Below, one piece after another: positions 44,357 through 54,238 of a stretch of DNA of 64,000 nt. Each line of letters begins with the position of its first letter. Position 1 is the first letter of the stretch. The notes under the pieces were generated by a model. That model did no database searches, was not told where the DNA came from, and saw only the letters and a list, made by a program, of their open reading frames with translations. The translations under genes and the position numbers were made by a program. Source of the stretch: Dehalococcoidia bacterium (GTDB lineage Bacteria; Chloroflexota; Dehalococcoidia; UBA2979). Location: positions 1,472,001-1,536,000 of the forward strand of contig OZ253555.1 in assembly GCA_965262725.1 (NCBI GenBank), written 5' to 3'.

Positions 44357-44362
44357 TGTCAA
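44357..44362 (-). promoter_or_regulatory. -35 box of the IS110 circle-junction promoter
   Basis: TTGACA at the right end; joining the two ends gives TTGACA-N18-TACCTT directly upstream of the bridge-RNA region. Confidence 0.7.
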
Positions 44363-44399
44363 GGGCCAGCGCCACTGATCCGGGATGGCCGGCGCAGCG

Positions 44400-45616
44400 T
44401 CAGGCAGCCACCGACCCGTGACGAGGAGCCTCCTCGGCGCGGTACGGTTCGCGCGAGCGCAGCATGGCCAGGATGACGTCGCAGCGACGACGCGCGAGGC
44501 AGATGACGGCTGCGGTGTGTTTCTTTCCCTCGGCCCGCTTGCGGTCGTAGAACGCCCGCGAGACGGGGTCGCGCAGCGAGGCGAAGGCGGAGAGGTACAT
44601 CGCGTTCTTGAGCCGGTGATTCCCGCGGCGGCTCCGCGTCTGCCCCCGGATGCTGCTGCCGGACTGGCGGGTGACCGGGGCAAGGCCGGCGTAGCTGGCC
44701 AGCCTCGATCCGTTCGCGAAGCGGGAGATGTCACCGATCTCGGCGAGCATCCGCGCTCCCGTCCTCGGCCCGATCCCCGGCAGGGAGCCGAGGATGGGGC
44801 CGAAAGGGTGGGCCTCGAAGAGCTCCCCGATCTCCGCGCCGAGCCGCTCCCGCCGCTGCTGCGTGCGATCCAGCTCGGTCGCGACCTCGGCGATCACCCG
44901 ACCCATCGCGACCGAGCCGGGTACGACCACGGTCTGGGCGCCGAGGGCCCCGGTGACGGCCTCGGTGAGCGTCTTCGCGAGGCGCGGCGAGCGCTTCCGG
45001 AGCGTCCGCGCGATGCGGCCGCGACCCGCCGTGGCCAGCGCCTGCGGTGTCGGGTAGCGGGCGAGCAGGTCCCGTGCCCCCGCATTGTGGAGCCTGGGGC
45101 CCAGTACGCGCTCCAGGGCCGGGGAGAGACCGGTGACGGCGTCGCGCAGCCGGTTCGTGAGCCGCGTGGCATCGGCGGCGAGGTCGGTGTCGTAGCCGTT
45201 GAGAACGCGCAGCTGCTCCAGGAGTTCGTCGTCGCCGGCGTCGAGCCAGTGCACCTGGTGGCGCCGGGTGCGGCCGGTGTCGGCCAGCACGAACGCATCG
45301 CGGCGGTCGGTCTTGGACTCACCCGGGTAGAGGTCGGCGGCACGGCGCATGACCAGCCCCGGCAGTATGCCACCGGCACGCCGCGGCGGGCGGCGACGGC
45401 GAGCACGAGCCGGGCCAGCGAGCCGGGCTGGTCGACGACCAGTGCCGGGGAGCCGAAGGACTCCGCGCGAGCGAGGAGCGCCTCGATGTCGGCCTCGTCG
45501 TTCGCGACGGCGACGGCGAACAGCGGCGCGCCTGCCGCGTCCAGCACATCGGCGAAGTGCTCTGTCTTGCCGATGTCGAGGCCGATCCACACGGTGGTTT
45601 CGTCGGGCGTACCCAC
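44400..45616 (-). pseudogene. IS110 recombinase with a 1-nt frameshift near 45365
   Basis: IGLDIGK...VVDQ...VAY in one frame; LPGLVMRR...KTDRRDA...SLPGIG...YAGLAP..RQSGSS...GNHRLK in the next. Confidence 0.9.
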
Positions 45617-45639
45617 TGCAACTCCTTCCGGGGTTTCCC

Positions 45640-45850
45640 CCTCATTCCAGCAGGAAGGCCGCAGGCGCGCTCGCCGTCATCCACCTTACAAATCAGCGAT
45701 TGGCTCGCATGTCCCCATCAGAGGTTCACGCGCCGAACAGTGCCGGTGGCAACACCACCCGAGCCGTCCGTTGCGGCAGGGCCATTTGAGCCATGCCGGC
45801 ACTGCTGGGCTTCCCGGGCTCAGAGGTTACTGAGCTCGTTTGAAGAAGGT
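45640..45850 (-). ncRNA. putative IS110 bridge RNA
   Basis: Four guide segments match the element's own junctions: AAATGGCCC (45779-45787), GGGTGG (45755-45760), ATGGGGACA (45710-45718) and GTAAGG (45684-45689). Confidence 0.8.
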
Positions 45851-45852
45851 AA

Positions 45853-46171
45853 GGGGCCATTTCCCGTGACTGAGGTCCTCCAGGAGGAGCAAGGGGTGAC
45901 GACCGTCGTCGTCCCATCCAAGCAGCTCCGGCATGAAGGGTGCGGAGATGTCTCGGTAGGCCTGGTGTTCGCGACGCAGCCAGCCGGCGACCGCAGACTG
46001 TGGTGTGTCTGCGCCGGTCTTGGCGAAGACACGCCGCCCGTCCGCAAGGGTGAGAGACCAACGCTCGGCAGGGGTGTACCCACCCGCGGCCGGACAACCC
46101 GACTCGACCGCCGAGCCCATGAGCCTCGCGACTCGTCGTGACAGCCCGGCGGGCGGGGAAGTCACATTCAC
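45853..46171 (-). pseudogene. 5' fragment of a near-identical paralog of the phosphotransferase at 40834, cut by IS110
   Basis: MNVTSPPAGLSRRVARLMG...LEDLSHGKWP, then IS110 sequence; inverted relative to the intact copy. Confidence 0.9.
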
Positions 46172-46502
46172 ACCGAGAATCCTACAGGTGCACCGGCGAC
46201 CGGGAATGGGAGCGGGGTGCGCACTCTTCGCGAAAGGGCGTCACGGGCCACGGAGGTTACGGGCCGGTCCACCGATCGTCCTCCACGGGATGCTTGATTG
46301 CGAGAACTGCGGGAACGCGCCGCATCCCGCCCGCAATCACGCACTGTCCGCTCTTCCGCGAGTGCTCGGTTGGCGCGGCGGGACCACGGCGAGGCGGTTG
46401 ACGCCGCATCCTTGACGCGATGGCGGCCCGTCGGCATGTTCGTTCCCGGGGTCGGCGGGCTCGGCCTTCGAGCCGACGTGAGCGGATGTCGGAGGCGCAG
46501 CG

Positions 46503-47267
46503 ATGACGTCCTACGTCGACCGCCTCGCCCGCCGCAGCCGCGCGGTTGGCAGCTTCGTCTGCGTCGGCCTCGACCCGCCCGGCGACCTGCCTGTCGAGGA
46601 GGTCGCGCGCCGCAACCGCGCGCTGATCGAGGCGACCGCGCCCTACGCCGCCTGCTTCAAGCCCAACCTCGCCTTCTACGAGCAGTTCGGCATCCCCGGC
46701 CTGCGCGCCCTCGAAGCGACTCTCGAAGCTATCCCCGGCGGCATCCCTGTCATTTGCGATGCCAAGCGCGGCGACATGAACAACAGCGCCGCCGCCTACG
46801 CCCGCGCCCTCTTCGAGGTCTGGGGCTTCGACGCCGCCACGGTGAATCCGTACCAGGGGCGCGACGCCGTCGCGCCCTTCCTCGCCTACGAGGACCGGGG
46901 CGTTTACCTCCTCTGCCGCACCTCGAATCCCGGGTCCGCCACCATCCAGAACGCCACCCTCGCAGGCGGCCTGCCGCTGTATGAACGCCTCGCGGCCGAG
47001 ATGCCCTCGTGGGGCGCGAACGTCGGCCTCGTCGTCGGCGCGACGGCGCCGACCGAGCTCGCCCGGGTGCGCGCGCTCGCTCCGGAGACCACGATCCTCG
47101 TGCCGGGCGTCGGCGCGCAGGGAGGCGACCCGGCCGAAGTGGTGGCCGCGGCGGGACGGGCGCCCGGCCTCATGGTGGTGAGCGCCTCCCGCAGCATCGC
47201 GAGCGCGCCGGACCCGGCGGCCGCGGCGCGAGACCTGCGCGACGCCCTCAACGCCCCCGGTCGGTGA
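46503..47267 (+). CDS. pyrF: orotidine-5'-phosphate decarboxylase
   Basis: CVGLDP, FKPNLAFYE, DAKRGD, RTSNPGS, VVGAT, LVPGVGAQGG and SASRSI. Confidence 0.95.
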   Translation: MTSYVDRLARRSRAVGSFVCVGLDPPGDLPVEEVARRNRALIEATAPYAACFKPNLAFYEQFGIPGLRALEATLEAIPGGIPVICDAKRGDMNNSAAAYARALFEVWGFDAATVNPYQGRDAVAPFLAYEDRGVYLLCRTSNPGSATIQNATLAGGLPLYERLAAEMPSWGANVGLVVGATAPTELARVRALAPETTILVPGVGAQGGDPAEVVAAAGRAPGLMVVSASRSIASAPDPAAAARDLRDALNAPGR

Positions 47268-47401
47268 ACGAGGGGGTGTCGCCGTCGGCCGGGCGTGCCA
47301 CATGTGCCGCCACGCAGCCTATATCCACTGCCTATGTTCGAGGGCCCGACGAACGGCATCCCAGAAGGCCGCTCCGAGGCTGACTACAGGAGGTATCGAA
47401 G

Positions 47402-47929
47402 GTGAGTGAGCACTTGAACCGTGAGATCAAGGCGTACTGTCCCGACTTTGCGCCCGTCCGGCAGCTGCTCCGCGATGGTGGGGCGAGGTTGGTCGCGGTC
47501 AAGGAACAGGTGGACCACTACTATCACCTGCCCGCGATCGGAACCGAGGAGGGAACACGGCGACTCAAGCTTCGTATCGAAGGCGAGAAGAGGCAGCTCA
47601 TCTTCTACCGTGACCATCAGGAAACAAATGCCCGGATTAGTCGAGTCCACATCTGGGAGGTACACGATCCTCAGGTCACGGATGTACTAGACATCGCGTT
47701 GGGCAATCGAGTCACGGTCCGTAAGCAACGCGAACTGTGGTCCACGGACAACGTCGAATTCAACCTGGACACGGTGGAGAGCGTCGGGCAAGTCTTCGAG
47801 TTGGAGGCACAGGCGGAGGATGGTCGTGACATCGCAGCCCAGGTGGAGGACTGGCGCCGCCGCCTGGGACCCTACCTTGGTTCTTACATAACTGGTTCGA
47901 ATGAAGATTTGGTTCTGACTTCCAGATAG
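47402..47929 (+). CDS. CYTH-domain (class IV adenylate cyclase-like) protein
   Basis: EIKA, QVDHYY, RLKLR, VRKQRELW and LDTVESVGQVFELE. Confidence 0.85.
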   Translation: MSEHLNREIKAYCPDFAPVRQLLRDGGARLVAVKEQVDHYYHLPAIGTEEGTRRLKLRIEGEKRQLIFYRDHQETNARISRVHIWEVHDPQVTDVLDIALGNRVTVRKQRELWSTDNVEFNLDTVESVGQVFELEAQAEDGRDIAAQVEDWRRRLGPYLGSYITGSNEDLVLTSR

Positions 47930-48284
47930 GTGACACGCCGAGAAGACTAGGTAGACGGGGCGTACCGGTTGTCCCGGGGTCCGAGCAGCACGAGGAGTGG
48001 CAGGTGGCGGACGAGCCAACGCGCGCTGGATGGCTGGCGCGGCGACTCACGCGCATGCCGGCGGTGCCGTCGCGGTTAGCATCGTCGACACTCGGCGAGG
48101 GATCCTAGTCACAGCGCAGGTGTAGGGCGGAGCTGGGGCCGGGCATGATGCCTGACGAGGACAGTGTGAAGGCAGGCATCGAAGTCGCCCCGCAGCAGAT
48201 TGGCATGCCGATCGGCGTGGTGCTCGGGAAGCAGGCGATCCGAGGCGGCGGAATCCACATCGGCGCCGTCCTCGGAGCACGGCG

Positions 48285-48743
48285 ATGATGACGATCCGGC
48301 GGTATCGCGCGACCGACCACGATGCCGTTTGGGAACTCCACAACCTGGCGTTGCTGGACGTTGCGGCGCACCCGGGAAACGGGTCATGGGACGATGACCT
48401 GCATCAGGTCGAGACGGTGTACATCGCAGAGGGCGGGGACTTCTTCGTTGGTGTAGTCCGTGAACGGGTCGTGGCAATGGGAGCGCTCAAGAGGCTCGCC
48501 GGCAACCGAGCAGAGATTTGCCGGATGCGAGTAAATCCCAGCCTCCAGCGAAGGGGCCTGGGAAGGGAGATGCTGCTGGCGCTAGAACAACGGGCGGCGG
48601 CGCTGGGATTCCAGACCCTGACGTTGGAAACCACGGTCAGGCAGGTGGCTGCCATGGAGATGTACGTGAAGGCCGCATACCAGGAGGTCCGTAGGTATCG
48701 ACACGCCGGCTTCGACATCGTTGCGTTCGAGAAGCATATCTAG
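48285..48743 (+). CDS. GNAT N-acetyltransferase
   Basis: VAMGAL and RMRVNPSLQRRGLG. Confidence 0.88.
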   Translation: MMTIRRYRATDHDAVWELHNLALLDVAAHPGNGSWDDDLHQVETVYIAEGGDFFVGVVRERVVAMGALKRLAGNRAEICRMRVNPSLQRRGLGREMLLALEQRAAALGFQTLTLETTVRQVAAMEMYVKAAYQEVRRYRHAGFDIVAFEKHI

Positions 48744-48805
48744 GCCCGCGGCGAGGGGGCGCTGCCCACATTGGCCGCACGAGCGGGAACCGACCGCATG
48801 GGAGC

Positions 48806-49660
48806 GTGTCCGTGACTGAGCGAGCCACGTTCGGTGACTTCATCCTCGGGTTCGAGGGTCTCGGGATCTTGCGCTCCTGGATGCTGGACCCGGCTGCTGT
48901 CAGGGCGAGAAGGAACAACATCGTTCGGATCGTCACGCAATTCGAGGAGGCGCCCTGGTCAGACCCCGTCGTCGCGGAGGAGCGGACAGTCACCGCCGGA
49001 TACGCCGAATGGGTCGCTACATACGACAGGGGTGACAACGCGGTGATACTCGCGGAGGAGCCCGTGGTACGTGGACTCCTCGCCCGCTACCCGGTTGGTG
49101 TCGCACTGGACGCAGCCTGCGGCACGGGGAGGCATGCTGCGTACTTGGCCTCGCTGGGCCATCAGGTGACCGGCATCGACTCGACGCCTGCCATGCTTGA
49201 CGTCGCACGGGCGACGGTGCCCACCGCACGCTTTGCGACGGCGGACCTGGCGGCGCTTCCTCTACCTGACGAGGCGATGGACCTGGCCGTCTGTACGCTC
49301 GCACTGAGCCACTGCGCCGATCTGGGACCACCAATTCGGGAGTTGGCCCGGGTCATGCGTCCTGGAGGGTCAGTGATCGTCTCTGACGTCCATCCGTTCA
49401 TGGTGATGCTCGGTGATCACGGCGTGTATCCGCTGAGCGACTCGGCGAGCGCGTTCGTTCGGAGCTACGTCCATCTGCCGTCGGCCTATCTCAGGGCCTT
49501 CCGCGAGGCGGGACTCCGGGTCGTTCAGTGTATTGAGCCTCTCCACGGAGATAGGGAGATCGCCACGATCGGATTCGCGGAGCGGATGCCCGACCTGGCG
49601 GAGGCTGCTGTCCGGGGTCTTCCGATCGTGATCGTGTGGGAACTCGAGAGGGTCGCCTGA
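48806..49660 (+). CDS. class I SAM-dependent methyltransferase
   Basis: LDAACGTGRH, GIDST and ELARVMRPGG. Confidence 0.9.
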   Translation: MSVTERATFGDFILGFEGLGILRSWMLDPAAVRARRNNIVRIVTQFEEAPWSDPVVAEERTVTAGYAEWVATYDRGDNAVILAEEPVVRGLLARYPVGVALDAACGTGRHAAYLASLGHQVTGIDSTPAMLDVARATVPTARFATADLAALPLPDEAMDLAVCTLALSHCADLGPPIRELARVMRPGGSVIVSDVHPFMVMLGDHGVYPLSDSASAFVRSYVHLPSAYLRAFREAGLRVVQCIEPLHGDREIATIGFAERMPDLAEAAVRGLPIVIVWELERVA

Positions 49661-50772
49661 CGGGGGGAGTTTGTCGGATGCCGCCGAGGGAGGAACGCAC
49701 ACCCAGTGTCCTAGCCGGCGCTGCATATTCGACGCTCGGTAACGACGAAGACGGAGTCGCGGTTGTTCTTGAGCAACTGGTGCAGGAGGTCGGGTAGTGC
49801 ATAGGGGACGGGCGTCGGAGGTCACCAGTTCCACGTAACGCTGCGGTCAATCGCTGAGTACGCTGGGAGCTTGCCGAGAAGTCGGGGGCGGGTCACTTGT
49901 CTAAGCTCGAATCCAGAGCGCCAGGCTAACTGGCGAGTAGGCAGGAGGTGGAAGTCCTCTATGGCAAAGAGCTAGCCACTCATGTCATTCCGCGAGCCGT
50001 GCGCGGGTCGTCGCGAGGCGGCTTGTGAAGCGTCGGCAGCGGGGTGTGCGGGCGGGGCTAATGAGCATCGAAAGGGCCATTTGGGGTGCCGAGGCTCTTG
50101 GATTGGTCGAAGGCAATACCGGCGACGGCGCTACTGGCGAGTCGTGGTCGGGCCCCACGGTGTCGAAGACCCCATGCACGCACACACGTCTATCGCCGGG
50201 ACTTGGGAGAGCTGCGCGTTGTCCCGACGAGTCGTACGCCGGGACCGCGTCGGGAAGGGACGTAAACCGTAGCCGATGATGAACGATGCGCAGCAGTCTG
50301 ATGGGGCCGTACGAGCGATGAAGGCGGCGAACAAGGGGGCGCGAGCCCCGGCGGAGTCGCTGGAGCAAAGGGCCCCAACCGAGAGGAATCCTCAAAGCAC
50401 CGGCACGGTCCGGACGCAGAGTCGGGGTGCGGTGTCACCCGGAGCGGAGAGGATACGGCAGTTCGTGGAACGGAAGCCGGGAGAGAAACTCACCGCGCTC
50501 TTGCACCACATCACGCCGGAGGCGCTGCGGGAGGCGTATCTCGCGTTGAAGCGGGATGCGGCTCCGGGCGTGGACGGGGTGAGGTGGCGAGAATACGGGG
50601 ACGGGCTGGACGAGCGATTGCTCGACCTGCATGGCCGCGTACACCGTGGAGCGTACCGGGCGAAGCCCGTCAGGCGGGTAGAGATACCCAAGCCGGACGG
50701 GGGAATACGGCCGCTCGGTATCGTCTCGCTGGAGGACAAGATCGTTCAGCGGGCGGTGGTGGACAATCTTTT

Positions 50773-52100
50773 GGGCACTTCGAAGAATGACTATATCGTC
50801 GGCATGGTGAATGATATACTGTAGCCATCAGTGTCATGGTTACGGGGGATGATATGGGCCAACTTGGGTTCTTCAATGTGGACGACCGCTACGACGCTCT
50901 CGACGCCAAGGGCGACCCACTCGCCAAGCTCGACCAAATCATCCCGTGGGAGCAGTTCAGACCTCAGTTAGAAGCCGTCTGGGCCACGCCCGAAGAAGAG
51001 CGTAAATCACCGGCCGGACGCAAGCCATGGGACGCAATCGTCATCTTCAAGGGATTGATACTCGGCGTACTCTACAACCTCTCCGATGAACAGATTGAGT
51101 ATCAGATCCGCGACCGTCTCTCCTTCTCCCGCTTCTGCGGCACAGGCATCGAAGGCCGGGTGCCCGACGCCACCACCTTCTGGCTCTACCGCGAGCAGTT
51201 GACCAGGGCGGGCGCCATCGCCGAGTTGTTCCAGGCCTTCGACCACTATCTCGCCAGCCAGGGCTACCGCGCCAGTGGCGGACAGATCGTCGACGCCTCG
51301 ATCGTCTCGGTGCCGATCCAGCGCAACAGCCGCCGGGAGAACGAGTCGCTCAAGCAGGACCTCATTCCCTCGGAGTGGGTCTTCAATCCGGCGAAGCTGG
51401 CCCAGAAAGACCTCGACGCCCGCTGGACGAAGAAGCACGGGAAGAGTCACTACGGCTACAAGAACCACATCACCATCGATCGGCGCCACAAGCTGGTGCG
51501 TTCCTACGCCGTCACCGATGCCGCGGTCCATGACAGCCAGGTGATCGACCAGCTGCTCGACTCTCCGAACACGTCACCCGATGTGTGGGCAGACCGTGCC
51601 TATCGGTCGCGGGCGATTGAGGCAATGCTCACGGAGAAAGGTCTGACGAGCCGCATCCATCGGAAGGCCGCTGCCAACCGGCCGTTGACGGCGGCTGAGG
51701 AGGCGGTCAACCGGGGATGGTCGCAAGTACGGGCCCGGGTTGAGCACATCTTCGGCTCGCAGACGAACGAGATGGGCGGCACGCACATCCGTACGATCGG
51801 CGTGCGGCGGGCAGTGACGCAGATCGGCTTCAAGAACCTGGCGTACAATATTCGCCGTCTGGCGCACCTCGAACACCGCCGTACGGCTGCCGCGGCCTAG
51901 CTTGCCGCCACCCGTCCACAGACCTCACACCAGCCTCTAGTTCGGTGCTTTGACAGTCCCGTTTAACTGTCAATTATCCCGCTTCACCTATGCTCTCGCG
52001 GACTCACCCACACCCCCTGGGGTCTCCTCAGCTACGCCCTCTGCCCCCTCGTGCCCTCACCGATACCTTCATCAACAATCGCGAGTTCTTCGAGGTGCCC
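50773..52100 (+). mobile_element. IS5-family element inside the intron RT
   Basis: TIRs GGGCACTTCGAAGAA / GGGCACCTCGAAGAA; TTTT duplication. Confidence 0.93.
50836..51900 (+). CDS. IS5 transposase
   Basis: YNLSD, PDATT, IVDASIV, DARWTKK...YGYKNH, ADRAY and RARVEHIF. Confidence 0.95.
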   Translation: MVTGDDMGQLGFFNVDDRYDALDAKGDPLAKLDQIIPWEQFRPQLEAVWATPEEERKSPAGRKPWDAIVIFKGLILGVLYNLSDEQIEYQIRDRLSFSRFCGTGIEGRVPDATTFWLYREQLTRAGAIAELFQAFDHYLASQGYRASGGQIVDASIVSVPIQRNSRRENESLKQDLIPSEWVFNPAKLAQKDLDARWTKKHGKSHYGYKNHITIDRRHKLVRSYAVTDAAVHDSQVIDQLLDSPNTSPDVWADRAYRSRAIEAMLTEKGLTSRIHRKAAANRPLTAAEEAVNRGWSQVRARVEHIFGSQTNEMGGTHIRTIGVRRAVTQIGFKNLAYNIRRLAHLEHRRTAAAA

Positions 52101-52129
52101 TTTTGAACCCGATTTACGAGTCGGGCTAC

Positions 52130-52991
52130 GTGCGTCCGGAAGTCGAAGGGGTGGTGACGTGATGACGTGACCGGTCCGGAGACATGCTCGTTGCTGCCAG
52201 CCGGTGAGAGTCCGGCACGGGTAACTGTCAGGAGGCCCGTTAGCAGGTCGGCGGCGTGGACGGGAAACGGTCTGCGTCGAAGCCCGACGTCAAGAGCCCT
52301 ATGAGGGGGAGCAAACGTGCGGTCCGCAGCATGACGCGAAGTCTGCCGCGCCGTGAGACTCGCCTGTCTATTGACAGGACCAAGGAGGAGCCGAGCCCGG
52401 GTGGTCAGGGCGAAGGCCATGGACGAGGTGAAGATCCTGGAATGCAGCCTCAAGAAACCTCCCGGCGTATGGGACGTGGAACGTACGGAAGGTAGCGACG
52501 GGAACCGGAGAAGCCCTCCCCGGCCCGGCACCCTGTGAGAGGGCGTCGGAGCGAGGCGTCCTATAACCGGTCAGAGCCGGGAAGTGGACAGCCAGCCGGA
52601 AGGGTGGCGGAGGGGGTCGTAGTACCGCTGGAGCCGGACGGACAACATAACCGCCGGTGATGGGAAGGACCCCTACTTTGTCCGTGCATGTTGCTGGGGG
52701 TGTGGACTGGTGAGTGCCCCTCGGGGCTAGCAACCACTTGGTAGGGTTCGAGGCTCTCCGCACATGCTGTACCGGCTGGCCAAGGCACGACCCACGTTGT
52801 GGGGAGCGCTGCATGCCATCTGGTGAAGGGCATCGGTGAGCCGGATGAGGGAGAACCTCACGTCCGGTTCGATGTGGCAGGGGCTGGAGACGGACGCTGC
52901 TATGGCCGTGGAGTTGGGCACCACCGGGAAACCGGCTTGGAACTGATGCGCCACCGCCTACGGCTCGCACCGCGCCAGCCCCTGACCCTAC
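52130..52991 (+). mobile_element. ORF-less group II intron nested in the outer intron's RT gene
   Basis: 5' GTGCG; domain V GAGCCGGATGAGGGAGAACCTCACGTCCGGTTC at 52838-52870; 3' CCTGACCCTAC; EBS1 GTGGTC (52401-52406) pairs with GGCTAC using two G-U pairs; exact removal restores the RT frame. Confidence 0.88.
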
Positions 52992-54238
52992 TACGGCTTC
53001 TCGCATGGCTTCAGGCCGGGGCGTTCGGCGCATGACGCGCTGGACGCACTGGCCTACGCGGTCGAACGGCGCAAGGTCAGCTGGATTGTCGAGGTGGACA
53101 TCCGGGAGTTCTTCGGCAGCATCGACCGGGGGCGGCTGATGTCGTTTCTGGAGATGCGCATCGGGGACCAGCGGGTGTTGCGCCTGATACGAAAGTGGCT
53201 GAGCGTCGGCGTCATGGACGCGGAGCCGGAAGTCGATTTCGTGCGGGGGATGCCGCAGGGGGCGCCGATATCGCCGCTGCTTGCGAACGTGTACCTGCAC
53301 AACGTGCTCGACGACTGGTTTGCGCGCGAGTGGCGACCGCGGGAGGTCCGGGGCGAGGCGTACATCGTGCGGTATGCCGATGACTTCGTCCTGGGGTTCC
53401 AGCACCGCAGCGATGCGGTGCGGTTCATGGAGGCACTCCGGGAGCGGTTCGCGGCCTACGGGCTGGAGCTGCACCCGGAGAAGACCCGTCTACTTGAGTT
53501 CGGCAGGTTCGCGCTGGCGAACAGGCGGAAGCGCGGGGAGGGCCGACCGGAAACGTTCGACTTTCTCGGCATGACGCACTACTGCCGGACCCGACGCGAC
53601 GGGAGATTCGGGCTGGGGCGCAAGCCCGTTGCGAAGCGGATGCGCCGGACGCTGAAGGCCATCAAGGCCGAGTTGTGGCGGCGCATGCACGACAACCCCG
53701 TGACGACGGGGCAGTGGCTGGGGCGGGTACTGCGTGGGTGGCTTGGCTACTACGCGGTGCCGACCAGCTCGCCGGCGCTCACGCGGTTTGTCCGTTTCGT
53801 GAAGCGGCTCTGGCTGCGCGTTCTCCGACGGCGGTCGCAGCGCGACCGTTTCACGTGGGAGCGCATCCTTGCCCTGTGCCAGGGACACTGGCCCCGAATC
53901 TCCATCCTTCACCCGTGGCCTGCGGAGCGATTTGCCGTCACGCACTTGAGGTAGGAGCCGGATGCCCGAGAGGGCACGTCCGGATCTGTGCGGGGGGTGC
54001 CGGGCAACCGGCATCCCTACCGCGAACCGAACGAAGCTTGACGAGGCGGGGTGCCGGGCTGCCGGAGAGTTCGACGGGTGTGTCGGCGTTCGCCGGGCGG
54101 CGCCGGGGGCGGGCCGGAGCCAAGAGTCGTCGCTCAGCGCCGCTCGGGGGCGCTGAGGGTGCGGGCGCGAGGGTGCGCGAGGCGTGCGCGGGCATGCTGG
54201 CGCGAGCTTCGGCTCCGGGTCGGCGCTGTGAGCGGGCG

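Larger units (their letters stand above)
44340..45854 (-). mobile_element. IS110-family element with a CC core at both junctions
   Basis: Minus-strand junctions AAATGGCC-CC-TTAC... and ...ATGGGGACA-CC-ACCC; no TIRs; long 5' non-coding end. Confidence 0.88.
50276..53954 (+). pseudogene. ltrA: group II intron reverse transcriptase/maturase in three pieces
   Basis: 50276-50772 + 52105-52129 + 52992-53954 join in frame (1485 nt): PKPDGG.RPLG, IYESGYYGFSHGFRPGRS, GMPQGAPISP, RYADD and FDFLG. Confidence 0.92.
49916..54026 (+). mobile_element. group II intron (outer), carrying two nested elements
   Basis: 5' GAGCG; EBS1 TGGATT (50099-50104) pairs with exon AATCCA (49910-49915); domain V GAGCCGGATGCCCGAGAGGGCACGTCCGGATC at 53955-53986; 3' end CCCTACCGCGAA(C), uncertain by 1 nt. 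Confidence 0.88.

Noticed and set aside
40834-46171. Near-identical phosphotransferase pair as a DGR template/variable repeat
   Set aside because: The differences are not adenine-specific, the homology covers the 5' end of the gene, and the second copy is simply cut by IS110.
50276-53954. Reverse transcriptase as a retron, DGR or defence RT
   Set aside because: It sits in a group II intron with domain V/VI and EBS1-IBS1 pairing; no template/variable repeat pair or msr-msd was seen.
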